DNA of 64,000 bases from Flavobacteriales bacterium BRH_c54 (GCA_000961845.1 LADZ01000022.1:33329-97328), one strand, 5' to 3'; shown: positions 52,092-62,608, counted from the first letter of the stretch. Made by a program: numbers and translations. Notes: generated by a model not told the origin, from the sequence alone.

Positions 52092-53378
52092 TTGCATATG
52101 GATTTTATTGAAGAACTAAAGTGGCGAGGCATGGTTCACGACATGATGCCGGGAACTGAAGAACAATTTAAGAAAGAAGTAACCTCAGCTTATATTGGGT
52201 TTGATCCAACAGCTGATTCGTTGCATATTGGGCATTTAGTTCAGATTATGACTTTAGTTCATTTGCAAAAATCAGGACATAAACCTTTTGCTTTAATTGG
52301 TGGAGCTACAGGAATGGTAGGCGATCCTTCAGGTAAGTCTGCAGAAAGAAATTTATTGACTCCTGATGAAGTGCAACAAAATTTAGAAGCCATAAAGGTA
52401 CAATTGTCAAAATTTTTAGATTTTGATTGTGGGGCAAACTCTGCAGAAATGGTAAACAACTACGATTGGTTTAAAAATATGAATTTTTTAGACTTTATTA
52501 GAGATGTAGGTAAACATATTACTATTAATTACATGATGAGTAAAGATTCTGTGAAAACCAGGTTAGAATCGGGCATGTCGTTTACTGAATTTTCTTACCA
52601 ACTGGTGCAGGGCTATGATTTTTACTGGTTAAACACGAATAAAAATTGCAAAGTACAATTAGGTGGCTCGGATCAATGGGGAAATATTGTTACCGGAACA
52701 GAATTGATTAGAAGAATGTCGGGTAACGAAGCTTTTGCTGTAACTACCCCATTAATAAAAAAAGCTGATGGAACTAAGTTTGGAAAAACAGCAGGAGGAA
52801 GTGTTTGGTTAGACCCTGAGAAAACTTCGCCTTATGCTTTTTACCAATATTGGATAAATGCTTCTGATGATGATGCTAAAAATTACATTAAAATTTTTAC
52901 GCTAAAACCAAAAGAGGAAATAGATAACCTTATCAAACAACATGAGGAAGCACCACACTTGCGTATTTTACAAAAAGCGTTGGCTGAAGATATTACCGTT
53001 AGAGTCCACTCTCAAGAAGATTATGATGCAGCTGTAAATGCTTCTGAAATTTTATTTAAAACTGGTGATGAAGCGGTTGAGGGATTAAAAAAATTGCCTG
53101 AAGATTTATTTAATGCCGTTTTTGAAGGCGTTCCTCAAGCAGAAATTTCTAAAAGCCAATTTAATAGTGGTATTCCTATTATTGAATTATTAGCAGCTCA
53201 AACCAACTTTTTAGCTTCTAATGGTGAAGCCAGAAGAGCATTAAAAGAAAATTCTATTAGTGTAAACAAAAGCAAAGTAGATGAAAACACTATTGTTGAT
53301 ACTTCTTTTTTAATCAATAACAACTACTTGCTCTTACAAAGAGGGAAAAAAAATTATTTTGTGGTAAAAGTGGGATAA
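52092..53378 (+). CDS. tyrS: Tyrosine--tRNA ligase.
   Basis: HIGH-region (SLHIGHLV), KMSKS-region (KFGKT), C-terminal S4 domain. Confidence 0.95.
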   Translation: MHMDFIEELKWRGMVHDMMPGTEEQFKKEVTSAYIGFDPTADSLHIGHLVQIMTLVHLQKSGHKPFALIGGATGMVGDPSGKSAERNLLTPDEVQQNLEAIKVQLSKFLDFDCGANSAEMVNNYDWFKNMNFLDFIRDVGKHITINYMMSKDSVKTRLESGMSFTEFSYQLVQGYDFYWLNTNKNCKVQLGGSDQWGNIVTGTELIRRMSGNEAFAVTTPLIKKADGTKFGKTAGGSVWLDPEKTSPYAFYQYWINASDDDAKNYIKIFTLKPKEEIDNLIKQHEEAPHLRILQKALAEDITVRVHSQEDYDAAVNASEILFKTGDEAVEGLKKLPEDLFNAVFEGVPQAEISKSQFNSGIPIIELLAAQTNFLASNGEARRALKENSISVNKSKVDENTIVDTSFLINNNYLLLQRGKKNYFVVKVG

Positions 53379-53389
53379 ATTAACAACCC

Positions 53390-54271
53390 ATGAAAAAGAC
53401 AATAGTCATCTTATCCATTATATTGGTTGTTATCTTGCTTTCATTTGTTTGGTCTGCTTTTTATAATCATACAGATAATACAACAATAGAAGTTCCAAAT
53501 CAAAATACTTCAAGTGCTTTATCTGCAAATGATACATTAGCAACTACAAAAGATACTATTATTGCTACATCAAGTAGTTTTATTAAAATAGATTTATTGG
53601 AGCTTCCTAGTTTAGCAAATGATGAAGTAATTATTGAACATACAGGCTTTCATTTGGTATATAGCGAAACGCACGAACAAGCCAAATGGGTGGCTTATGC
53701 ATTTACAAAAGCCGAAACGTTAAAAAAAGCGGATAGAACAGACGATTTCAGACCTGATACAAAAGTACTTACTGGTTCAGCAACATCAACCGACTACAAA
53801 GGTTCAGGATTTGACAGAGGACATTTAGCTCCGGCTGGAGATTTATCTTGGTCGACAGAGGCCATGAGTTGTTCATTTTTTTATAGCAATATGAGTCCAC
53901 AAACGCCTAGTTTTAACAGAGGTATTTGGAAAAAATTAGAAGAACAAGTTAGAGATTGGGCTAAACTATACGATACCATTTATGTGGTTACAGGTCCTGT
54001 TCTGGAAGATAGTTTGCCTACCATTGGAGAAAACAAGGTGAGCATTCCGAAATATTATTACAAAGTTATTTTGGAGTATAAAAACAATGCTACAAAAGCG
54101 ATAGGCTTTATTTTGCCTAATAAAAAATCATCCTTTTCATTAAACAATTTTATCGTAAGCATTGATAGTGTTGAGCAAATGACAGGTATCGATTTTTTTT
54201 ATCAACTCCCTGACAGTATTGAAAATGAAATTGAAAAAGGTGTGTGTAATGCTTGTTGGGGGATGAATTAG
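53390..54271 (+). CDS. DNA/RNA non-specific endonuclease (Endonuclease_NS family), secreted or membrane-anchored.
   Basis: N-terminal TM/signal segment and a GFDRGHLAP active-site motif. Confidence 0.8.
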   Translation: MKKTIVILSIILVVILLSFVWSAFYNHTDNTTIEVPNQNTSSALSANDTLATTKDTIIATSSSFIKIDLLELPSLANDEVIIEHTGFHLVYSETHEQAKWVAYAFTKAETLKKADRTDDFRPDTKVLTGSATSTDYKGSGFDRGHLAPAGDLSWSTEAMSCSFFYSNMSPQTPSFNRGIWKKLEEQVRDWAKLYDTIYVVTGPVLEDSLPTIGENKVSIPKYYYKVILEYKNNATKAIGFILPNKKSSFSLNNFIVSIDSVEQMTGIDFFYQLPDSIENEIEKGVCNACWGMN

Positions 54272-54288
54272 AAATAGGAGATTAGGGA

Positions 54289-54516
54289 TTACCTTCTCCT
54301 TAAAGGAACTAACAAATGTTCTAAGCCATTTAATCTTATTTCATGCATAGTTTCTAATAAAACGCCTAATTTACCTTTGGGAAATCCTTCTCGTTGAAAC
54401 CACTCTAAATAAAATGAAGGTAAATCGCAAATGAGTCGTCCTTTGTATTTTCCAAAAGGCATTTTCATTCTAACCAATTCTATAAGTAATTCCGGATTGC
54501 CTTCGTTAGTTTGCAT
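54289..54516 (-). CDS. DUF3820-family small protein.
   Basis: 75 aa. MPFGKYKGRLICDLPSFYLEWF is characteristic of DUF3820. 5-nt gap to the upstream gene. Confidence 0.55.
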   Translation of the reverse strand: MQTNEGNPELLIELVRMKMPFGKYKGRLICDLPSFYLEWFQREGFPKGKLGVLLETMHEIRLNGLEHLLVPLRRR

Positions 54517-54521
54517 TAAAT

Positions 54522-55196
54522 TTACTTAGTTAATGGTTCATCCAACAAATAAAAATCTACAAATTCTCTAACACAACCATCGCCTCCTTTAGTTTGTAAG
54601 ACTAAATCAACGGTTTCTTTTACTTTTAATACTGCATCGGCAGGACAAGCACTAAAACCAATAGCTCTCATCACTGATAAATCATTAATATCATCACCAA
54701 TAATGGCTACTTCAGCAAGCGTAATGTTTAGTTTTTCGCACCATTGGTTAAGAATTTCCAGCTTAGGTTCTTGACCAACATAAAGGTGTTTAATATTTAA
54801 TAATTCGGCACGAGCTTTTACCACCTCCAACTTGTATCCCGATGAAATTATACCCGCTTCAATTCCAACTTTAGGCAACGCCATTATTGCCATTCCATCT
54901 TTAGCATTATATTTTTTAAACTGGTCGCCATTTTCTGTAAAAAACATTCCTGCATCAGTCATAACACCGTCTACATCTAAAATCAATAATTTAATATCTT
55001 TCATTTTAGACCTGTCAACAAACATTGGTCTGGTAAGCATATTTTCAAAATCTAACTGATTGTTGGTGCAAAACAATTGTAAATTGCCCAAAGACAATTC
55101 ATTGATGTTGGCAATAGCATATTCAGCACAAAAATCATTCAACGATTTTTTTTCTCGAGCTAAAAATGAGGTGATATTTTGAGTAAGGATTTTCAT
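54522..55196 (-). CDS. kdsC: KdsC-family HAD phosphatase (3-deoxy-D-manno-octulosonate-8-phosphate phosphatase-like) with a ~60-aa N-terminal extension.
   Basis: LLILDVDGVMTD (motif I), IISSG, and GDDINDLSVM (motif III) align with E. coli KdsC. The ATG overlaps the upstream stop (TAATG). Confidence 0.65.
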   Translation of the reverse strand: MKILTQNITSFLAREKKSLNDFCAEYAIANINELSLGNLQLFCTNNQLDFENMLTRPMFVDRSKMKDIKLLILDVDGVMTDAGMFFTENGDQFKKYNAKDGMAIMALPKVGIEAGIISSGYKLEVVKARAELLNIKHLYVGQEPKLEILNQWCEKLNITLAEVAIIGDDINDLSVMRAIGFSACPADAVLKVKETVDLVLQTKGGDGCVREFVDFYLLDEPLTK

Positions 55197-56194
55197 TATA
55201 TAATTTTATAGCCAACACTATTAGCTACAGGTTCTATGGCTGATTTTAACGCTGCAAAAGATTCGTGTGTTAATTGCTGTGAAGCATCCGACTTAGCAAC
55301 AGCAGGATTTGGATGAGCTTCTATCAACAAGCCATCAATTCCCATTGCTACACAAGCTTTAGATAAGCGTTCTACTCCGTATCGGTAACCTAAAGCATGG
55401 CTTGGATCTAAAATAATAGGCAGGTTAGTGTATTCTTGTAAATAGGCTACTCCACATAAATCTAAAGTAAAACGTGTTTTTGTTTCAAAAGTACGTATGC
55501 CCCTTTCACACAAAATAACGTTTTCATTTCCTCCGGAAAGCATAAACTCTGCTGCCTGAACAAATTCTTGTAATGTTGTTCCAAAACCTCTTTTTAATAA
55601 AACAGGCTTACGCGTTTTAGCACAGGCACGCAAAATACCCTGGTCATACATGGCTTTGGCACCAATTTGAATCACATCGCTGTGTTCTATAACTTCATCA
55701 ACATGCGTGGCATCTCTAACTTCGGTAATAACTGCCAAACCATGTTGCTCACGCATTTTAACTAATAGTTTTAATCCTTCCAATCCCAACCCTTGGAAAC
55801 TGTAAGGGCTTGTACGAGGTTTGTAGCAACCGCCTCTTAAGGTGGTTAAATTAAGTGACTTTAACAATGCAGCACTTTGTTGAATTTGCTCTTCAGATTC
55901 TACCGAACAAGGTCCGCCAATCAATAAGGTGTTTTTAGTGTTTCCACCAATGGTAAGGTTACCAATTTTTACTTCACGAGTTTCATTTCTATAAGCTCTT
56001 GATGCAAGTTGCATATCATTTTCAAATACCCAGTGCTTTTCGGTAAAAGAAGTAACTTCACTAGGCACTTCCTTTATAGAAGATGAAGTAATTAATACTT
56101 CTCTATCTTGAGAATGAATGTGAAAAGCTTTAATTTTTTCAGCTAACTGACTGGCAGTTGAGGCAGTAATATCTTTATTTAAATGAATTATCAT
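55196..56194 (-). CDS. aroF: 3-deoxy-7-phosphoheptulonate (DAHP) synthase, type I-beta with an N-terminal ferredoxin-like regulatory domain (Thermotoga type). This is not KdsA.
   Basis: LIGGPCSVESEEQ, RGGCYKPRTSPYSFQG and ILCERGIRTFETKTRFTLD match T. maritima DAHPS nearly block for block. KDO8PS would show NVLES/KANRSS instead. The MIIHLNKD...VKIGN N-terminal domain resembles the ferredoxin-like domain. Confidence 0.8.
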   Translation of the reverse strand: MIIHLNKDITASTASQLAEKIKAFHIHSQDREVLITSSSIKEVPSEVTSFTEKHWVFENDMQLASRAYRNETREVKIGNLTIGGNTKNTLLIGGPCSVESEEQIQQSAALLKSLNLTTLRGGCYKPRTSPYSFQGLGLEGLKLLVKMREQHGLAVITEVRDATHVDEVIEHSDVIQIGAKAMYDQGILRACAKTRKPVLLKRGFGTTLQEFVQAAEFMLSGGNENVILCERGIRTFETKTRFTLDLCGVAYLQEYTNLPIILDPSHALGYRYGVERLSKACVAMGIDGLLIEAHPNPAVAKSDASQQLTHESFAALKSAIEPVANSVGYKII

Positions 56195-57192
56195 ATTTCT
56201 CCTTTTATCAAGTTTACAAAAGTAATAATTCCAACAGCATTTCCCTCTGCATTTAGCACAGGAAGATACATTACCGGAAAAGATTGCTCTCTTACTAAAT
56301 TCAACATGTTATCTACTGTTGCTGTATCTAAAATGGTTACAGGCGTTCTGTTAATCATTTCCTTAGTATCCATCCCTTCAATATTGTCTAAATTCTGCAA
56401 CAAGGTTCTTCTTAAATCTGCATTGGAAATTATTCCTTCAAATTTTTTATTGTTTTCTACTAAAGTTACTCCTAGCTTTCCGAAAGTTATTTGTTCTAAA
56501 ATATTTTTAAGATTAAGTTGAGAGAAATCTATCACCGGACATTCTTCGCGAGGGATCATAAAATCCTTTATCTTAAAAAGAGAAACAATTTCTCGCTTAG
56601 TTAAATCCATTAATGCTTGTCCGACACTTGCAGCTTTAAACAAAAAACTCCCGGAAACAGAAGTATGCACCCCCATATTTCTTAAAATGAAAGAAACTTC
56701 TCCATTTACACCACCATCAACATGCACATTTTTATTAGGGTATTTTTGTTTAAATTTTCTGATTTTTTTAAAGTTGACAGGATCAAAAACACCTCCACTT
56801 TGTCCGGGAATAGTTGCCATTATCAGGATGAAATCAAAATCGCTAAACTTATCAAAAGCATCAACATCAGTAGGCGTAATAATAGCTAAGCCTTTTTGTC
56901 CTTTAATATCGGCAGGCATTTTAAAATCTACAGGCAACTCTTCGTACTGAAAAGTAACGTATTCTACAGGGTATTTTCTTAATAACCCAAAATACTTTTC
57001 GGGGGTTTTGGTAATAATATGTAAGTCTATGGGGAGTTTACACCATGTTCTAATGTCAGCAATATCCTCAAAAACACTTGGATTGTCATTACAATCTACA
57101 TGCAACAAATCTACCTGATGAGCTTCTAAATCTGCAATGGTTTCTTTTAAAGGTCTTTTATTATCTGAATAGATAGATCCTGATATTTTCAT
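56191..57192 (-). CDS. Fusion of a ribulose-phosphate-3-epimerase-like TIM barrel with a C-terminal CBS pair.
   Basis: HVDCND (compare HFDVMD), IDLHII, ILIMATIPGQSGG, HVDGGVN and SVSGSFLF track the Rpe blocks. Two CBS motifs follow. The stop overlaps the DAHPS start (ATGA). Confidence 0.6.
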   Translation of the reverse strand: MKISGSIYSDNKRPLKETIADLEAHQVDLLHVDCNDNPSVFEDIADIRTWCKLPIDLHIITKTPEKYFGLLRKYPVEYVTFQYEELPVDFKMPADIKGQKGLAIITPTDVDAFDKFSDFDFILIMATIPGQSGGVFDPVNFKKIRKFKQKYPNKNVHVDGGVNGEVSFILRNMGVHTSVSGSFLFKAASVGQALMDLTKREIVSLFKIKDFMIPREECPVIDFSQLNLKNILEQITFGKLGVTLVENNKKFEGIISNADLRRTLLQNLDNIEGMDTKEMINRTPVTILDTATVDNMLNLVREQSFPVMYLPVLNAEGNAVGIITFVNLIKGEI

Positions 57193-57312
57193 TTAGTTAT
57201 GTAATGTTGCTTTTACAATGCCAAAACTACTTAATTTTTTGATTTATGTAAAAGCCACGAATACACGAATATTATTTCTTTTTTATTCATGCATTAGTGC
57301 TTTTTTTTTAAC

Positions 57313-58113
57313 TTACAAGTCTATAGATACTCCTGTTTTAAAAGTGTAAATAGTTCTGATTATCGGTACTATGGGTTTATGTTCATAAGAAATATCAAAG
57401 GAATTAGCAAAGGATATTCTTTTGGCAATCTTTGTATTTAAAATTAAGGAGGCATTTGTTCTATTTCTAAAAGCCGACATATCGCTATCGTAGCCCGTTT
57501 GGTAATAGCCTACAAAATTAATATCTACATTTTCATTGGCTGTCCAACGAAAAGAAATATAATTGGAAGATTTTACTAGGGCTATTTCAATAGTTTGATT
57601 GGTTTCTGGATGTGTCCAATTTTCATATTCGTACAAGGCTCCAACTCCAATTACCAAACTTAATGATTTACTTTTAAACGTATTCCATCTAATTCCACCT
57701 CCGCCTAACAGACGTGGATGTAAACCTCTAAAGTTATCATAAGAATATTGAACAAAGTTTTCGAAGTTAATGGTTTTCTTTCTAAAATAATTTACCCTAA
57801 AATGCACAAAACCAAAGTTCAAAAAATCATCATCATTAACTTTTAAATAATCGAATTTTGCCAAGCCCATAAAAGCATGCTTACCCGGATAATACAAGGT
57901 ATTTACATCTACATTATAACCAAAAAGGTTTACAGGCTCGCTGGCTGCCGAACTTCTGTTATAGATATTCATGCCTGCAGTAATTTTACTTTTAAAGGAA
58001 GTTGAAGTGTCTCTTTCCAAACGTAATCGCTCAATATTAAGCACCTGACCATCAACAACCTGAGAAAATGAAAGAATAACTACTAATGAAATTAAAAATT
58101 TTGCTTTTACCAT
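57313..58113 (-). CDS. Outer-membrane beta-barrel hypothetical protein (DUF481-like).
   Basis: Signal peptide and beta-strand periodicity. The family call is tentative. Confidence 0.4.
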   Translation of the reverse strand: MVKAKFLISLVVILSFSQVVDGQVLNIERLRLERDTSTSFKSKITAGMNIYNRSSAASEPVNLFGYNVDVNTLYYPGKHAFMGLAKFDYLKVNDDDFLNFGFVHFRVNYFRKKTINFENFVQYSYDNFRGLHPRLLGGGGIRWNTFKSKSLSLVIGVGALYEYENWTHPETNQTIEIALVKSSNYISFRWTANENVDINFVGYYQTGYDSDMSAFRNRTNASLILNTKIAKRISFANSFDISYEHKPIVPIIRTIYTFKTGVSIDL

Positions 58114-58151
58114 GTGGCAAAATTAGGAAAGATAACAGGTAAAGAAAAAGA

Positions 58152-58610
58152 TTAATTCTTAATCAAAATATAAGCATTAAGCGTAGTGGCTACGAGCAAC
58201 CAAATAAAATAAGGCAACACCAACAAAGTTTTAGCTTTTAAATGAGGAAGATACGCAAAAAAGAAATAGCCCATCAACACCATAAGTAACACAATAATTA
58301 ATAATCCGAATAAAACTTGATGGTATTTAAAAAAGACTGGATTCCAAGATACATTCAATATCCATTGTATCACAAATAAAGCTATCAGTAGGTTTCGGTT
58401 TTCGGTGAGTTGCCATGCGTACACCATGAAAACGGTAAAACAAATCATTATACTTGTCCATGCTGCACCAAAAACCCAACCCGGAGGTGTCCAAGGTGCT
58501 TTGTTTAGGTTTTGATACCACTCGGCAGTAACCGCAGCACTTGTAAAGTAACTCCCTAAACCCAATGCAGCAAAATTGATAACTAAAAAGATAATTATTT
58601 TTAGCAGCAT
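58152..58610 (-). CDS. tspO: TspO/MBR tryptophan-rich sensory (translocator) protein.
   Basis: WYQNLNKAPWTPPGWVFGAAWTSIM signature. The internal Met at 58610 is preferred as start because the upstream gene ends at 58615. Confidence 0.8.
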   Translation of the reverse strand: MLLKIIIFLVINFAALGLGSYFTSAAVTAEWYQNLNKAPWTPPGWVFGAAWTSIMICFTVFMVYAWQLTENRNLLIALFVIQWILNVSWNPVFFKYHQVLFGLLIIVLLMVLMGYFFFAYLPHLKAKTLLVLPYFIWLLVATTLNAYILIKN

Positions 58611-58614
58611 AATA

Positions 58615-60153
58615 TTAAAAACTTGGAGAACTGATTGTTTTGAATCTTTGAGTTTTACGTTTTGAGAAACTAAAACTACCACCCTCGTATTCAACAGTAT
58701 AAATCAATTGTTTTTTTACAATTTTGCCAGGAGACAGGTTAATTTTCCAACTAACTTCTCCTTGTTCATCATTATAAATACCTTCTGACAATTGCTCTAA
58801 AATAACATTAGTTGTTTTTGTTTGAGATATAGGTACTTGTTCAAAAAACTCAATAACAACATCATGTTGATTGTTGTTTTTTAATTGAAATTCGTAAGCA
58901 AAAGTTATTTTTTTCTTTTTGCCAAACGTTACTTCTTTAGCATATTTCTTATTTTCAATTTCTGCTCTTTTAAAATAAATGCTATTGTCTTTACCTACAG
59001 AAAGCAACAACGTATCAGAAAAATCGCTAAACTTTAATATAGTTTTACCTACAGAATTTTTATTATACGTAACATTTGCAACACCATCTACTAAACCAAG
59101 CGTATCCCATTCAGCAACTTTTGCAACAAGATAAACTTCATTATCTAAGCTAGGATAAGCATAAAATGAATATTCGGCAGGCAATGAAATATTCATGATT
59201 GGAAAAGAAAAAACCGTGCTATTAGATTTTATAGCAAACTTTCCTTTCAACGTTCTTAATTTCAAAAATGATGGCACAAAAATATCCTGATAATCAACAC
59301 CTTCTAATTTAGCTATTTGCTGATTATTTTGCATCAAATTATCTGTTTGTTTAATATTATTTTGATATGTTTGATAATTTAATACCCATGGTTCTTGAGG
59401 TTTTGGGAGCTTTGTTGGGTTTTCTAAAGGAAATGCTGATGATAATTGAAGTGTTATGTTTTCCCAGTTTTCACCAGTTTGGCTCATGATTTTTGCAATA
59501 TATTTTATAGAAATATCTTTACTAGATGAGTTTTCAACTTCAATTTCGTAAAACGGACTCCAACCTATTCCTCCAACAACATATTCAAAAAATAGAGGCT
59601 TTGCCAATTGTTGCTCTATTGAGACAAGTACCTTTAATATAGCAGCATCTTCATTATTTAATTTAACACTGTCTAATTTTTTCGCTTCAATTATAGCATT
59701 ATCAATATTTCTAAGTTCTTTATTTAAACTTAACATTTTATCAGAATAGAAACTTAACATTTTTTCCAATTCATCTACTTCTTTAATAAAGTTAGCTTCA
59801 GCATATTTTTGCTCCAATAATTTTATTTGATTAATTACAGCAGTTTTTCTGTCTTCTAATTGAAAAAACTCTTCTTTACTTAATTTTTTAATAAGATTTT
59901 TATTCAATATAGTTACCTCTTTATTTTTAATAACAAAAGAATTTAAAACTAATTTAGAAGAGATGTCTTTAAACTCTAATTCGTAGAGTCCTACCCCCAT
60001 TTTATTATCAGAAACCCTTGACACAAGAGCTCCAGAATGGTAAACTACGACATTTTCTACTTTTGAAAGAATTTCTATATTTTTAGCTGCAAATAAATTG
60101 GTTGTAAAAACAATTGCAAATACAAAAACAACAAGTATACAAATTTTACGCAT
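58615..60153 (-). CDS. DUF4139-domain protein (DUF4140/DUF4139, mucoidy-inhibitor-A-like) with a central coiled coil.
   Basis: Signal peptide, 512 aa, with domain architecture typical of the Bacteroidota TIGR02231-like family. Family assigned from memory. Confidence 0.5.
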   Translation of the reverse strand: MRKICILVVFVFAIVFTTNLFAAKNIEILSKVENVVVYHSGALVSRVSDNKMGVGLYELEFKDISSKLVLNSFVIKNKEVTILNKNLIKKLSKEEFFQLEDRKTAVINQIKLLEQKYAEANFIKEVDELEKMLSFYSDKMLSLNKELRNIDNAIIEAKKLDSVKLNNEDAAILKVLVSIEQQLAKPLFFEYVVGGIGWSPFYEIEVENSSSKDISIKYIAKIMSQTGENWENITLQLSSAFPLENPTKLPKPQEPWVLNYQTYQNNIKQTDNLMQNNQQIAKLEGVDYQDIFVPSFLKLRTLKGKFAIKSNSTVFSFPIMNISLPAEYSFYAYPSLDNEVYLVAKVAEWDTLGLVDGVANVTYNKNSVGKTILKFSDFSDTLLLSVGKDNSIYFKRAEIENKKYAKEVTFGKKKKITFAYEFQLKNNNQHDVVIEFFEQVPISQTKTTNVILEQLSEGIYNDEQGEVSWKINLSPGKIVKKQLIYTVEYEGGSFSFSKRKTQRFKTISSPSF

Positions 60154-60161
60154 TTAGTTTT

Positions 60162-62444
60162 TTATTTTTTAATTACCCTAATCACTTCACTGCCAGTTTG
60201 GTTCACAAATTTCACAAAATAAATCCCCTGACTTTGTCCATCAAGGTTAATCACTACTTTAGAGGCATTTAAATTACTTTGATAAATGGTTCTTCCCATT
60301 AAATCTATTACTTCTACAGAGGCATTTTCTAAACTATTATTACCAACATCTAAGGTAATTTGGTTGTTAGTTGGGTTAGGGTAAACATTAATTTTATCCG
60401 AAATGCTTTCTTTATCATCAACACTTATAATTGTTCCCGGATCTCCTTTATAGAAATTAACTCCTCCGGCAACATTCCCTACAATTAAATCAAAAGCGGT
60501 ATCATTATTTATATCAGCAACATTAACAAAAGACCATCCACCTTGTTTTATGCCTAAATACATAGAATCTATCAAGTTAAAAGTTCCTCCAAGATTTCCA
60601 TCAATACTATCGTAATAATAAATGTAGCCATTAGTAGCTCCTGCAATTAATTTGTAATCGCCATTATCGTCATAAATAAAAGGAGTACTATTTCCGTTGT
60701 ATTCATCGTACCTTCTTGTTTTAACATCTCCTAACTGAGAGGTTACCCAACTATAAGAAGGTATAGTTGCTGTTCCAGTATTTTCATAATAAGATACAAA
60801 ACCTAATCGGTCTCCTATAATTAAATCCAATAATCCATCTCTATTTAAATCTATTAACTGAGGCACTGAATATAACCCTACATCTATTCCTTCATATTCT
60901 GCTTTGTTTAGTACAAAGTTGGCCGTATTTCCTGCCCCGGCAATGTTTTCAAAATAATGAATCTTACCATTATCTCCCCCTACAATCATGTCTTTATCAC
61001 CATCTCCATCAATATCTCCAAAAGTTGGTGCTAACCTCAACATTGGCTGATTGGTAGCAACATTTAAATTGATATTGGCTAAATCAGCATAATTAGAATC
61101 AATTAATTGATAAGCCGGATTGCTAGCTGTCCCAATATTTTCGTACAACCACAACGAAGAAATTAATCCTTGATTGGTTTGCAAAGCAGTATAACCTGCA
61201 TTTCCTATAACAATATCCATTAACCCATCTGCATTATGATCGAAAAATACCGGAAAAGCTCCTGTACCAACTTCTATCATATCTTCTTGTAAGAAAGCTG
61301 TTGTTTTAAAATCAAATTCCGGTAGATTAGTTGAACGTTGATTTTCATAATACCAAACACTTTCTAGATTTTCGCAGCCATTAAAACAATTCGGACTAGC
61401 CAAAAAATCTTTAACTCCATCATTATTTACATCTAAGTAATACCCGGCAGGAAATAGATATAAATCAACAGGAACAGTATTGGCAGTATTCATAGGAAAA
61501 GCTGTATCTACCGCAGTTATATGAGATGAAATAAAGTTGGGAGATGAGTCTGAATTATACAACAACACAAAATTATTGCTAGACACATCTCCTAAAATTA
61601 AATCTTTAGATCCATTTGAATCAACATCCATCATCATAACTGAAGAGCCACTATGTTTATTTCCACCAGTAATCCTTTCGGGATTGTTAATGTTAAAACC
61701 ACAAGAATCATCCAAAACAACACTATTACTTTGAGCTCCCTCACTAAAAAACCCCCAACATTTGTTTCTCAACTCATAATCTAAACTATCGCAATCTCCA
61801 TATCTTTCCATACTTAAATTTTTATGATATTCCACTTGGGAACCTAAAATACTAAAGGTAATGATATCTAAATCACCATCCCCATCTACATCTTCTATTG
61901 CAGGAATATCAATAGATGAAACATATAAATTTACCATACTTGGTGTTGGTGAATCAGGTTGGTAATTAGAATACAAAATATTAGAAGGCGTGCTAGAAGT
62001 TTCTATGGCAAATAAAAGTTGGGTAGCAGTAGAAACGTTTCTGTAAACCACAATCCCTCCCGCTCCGGAAGTAAAAATATCCATTTTACCATCACAATTA
62101 AAATCTCTAAGCAATGCCCAATCTCTTATATTTTGAGGAAAATATTGTGTAAATTCAGGTGCTAAGTGATAATCTACTTTATTTGGTGTGCCGTGATTTA
62201 TAAAAGTAGTCATTCTATTAATGCTTCTATCAAAAACAAATAAATCCATAATTCCATCCAAATTCAAATCTATTTCTGAAAACTGTGGAGAATCGAAACC
62301 GCCTGCCCAAGCATGATAAAGTGTATCGCTATTATAATTTAAAACAGTAATAGAATCATATCTATTAACAACTAGTTGTGCTTTTGAAGTTAGCGACAAC
62401 ACTAAAAAGATAAAAAGTGCTAAAAAAGTGGTAATTTTTTTCAT
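60162..62444 (-). CDS. FG-GAP/VCBS-repeat protein with a T9SS C-terminal sorting domain.
   Basis: Repeated DxDGDGDxD Ca-binding FG-GAP motifs and a C-terminal KINVYPNPTNNQITLDV...IRVIKK CTD. Confidence 0.8.
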   Translation of the reverse strand: MKKITTFLALFIFLVLSLTSKAQLVVNRYDSITVLNYNSDTLYHAWAGGFDSPQFSEIDLNLDGIMDLFVFDRSINRMTTFINHGTPNKVDYHLAPEFTQYFPQNIRDWALLRDFNCDGKMDIFTSGAGGIVVYRNVSTATQLLFAIETSSTPSNILYSNYQPDSPTPSMVNLYVSSIDIPAIEDVDGDGDLDIITFSILGSQVEYHKNLSMERYGDCDSLDYELRNKCWGFFSEGAQSNSVVLDDSCGFNINNPERITGGNKHSGSSVMMMDVDSNGSKDLILGDVSSNNFVLLYNSDSSPNFISSHITAVDTAFPMNTANTVPVDLYLFPAGYYLDVNNDGVKDFLASPNCFNGCENLESVWYYENQRSTNLPEFDFKTTAFLQEDMIEVGTGAFPVFFDHNADGLMDIVIGNAGYTALQTNQGLISSLWLYENIGTASNPAYQLIDSNYADLANINLNVATNQPMLRLAPTFGDIDGDGDKDMIVGGDNGKIHYFENIAGAGNTANFVLNKAEYEGIDVGLYSVPQLIDLNRDGLLDLIIGDRLGFVSYYENTGTATIPSYSWVTSQLGDVKTRRYDEYNGNSTPFIYDDNGDYKLIAGATNGYIYYYDSIDGNLGGTFNLIDSMYLGIKQGGWSFVNVADINNDTAFDLIVGNVAGGVNFYKGDPGTIISVDDKESISDKINVYPNPTNNQITLDVGNNSLENASVEVIDLMGRTIYQSNLNASKVVINLDGQSQGIYFVKFVNQTGSEVIRVIKK

Positions 62445-62608
62445 AATTCGATGTTCATGATGATAAATCTGTTGTTCAAAGACAAAGTTAATCCCATTAG
62501 TTTTATTAAAAAATGACTAAACTCATGCTTTCTAACCCCTTTAAACTCCTTGCCAAATTTAAGCTTATTTGGTGAAATAAAAAAAAGTTAAATGAAATGA
62601 ATTTTATG

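Noticed and set aside
55196-56194. Calling this gene kdsA (KDO-8-phosphate synthase) because it sits next to a KdsC-like phosphatase.
   Set aside because: Motifs are those of DAHP synthase I-beta (GPCSVES, KPRTSPYSFQG, N-terminal ferredoxin-like domain), not KDO8PS (NVLES / KANRSS).
56191-57192. Calling this KdsD/KpsF arabinose-5-phosphate isomerase because of the C-terminal CBS pair.
   Set aside because: There is no SIS domain or GxGxSG motif. The N-terminal domain follows ribulose-phosphate 3-epimerase blocks instead.
58152-58694. The longer 180-aa form of TspO from the ORF track.
   Set aside because: The first 28 codons overlap the end of the upstream DUF4139 gene. The internal Met at 58610 gives a canonical ~153-aa TspO with a 4-nt gap.
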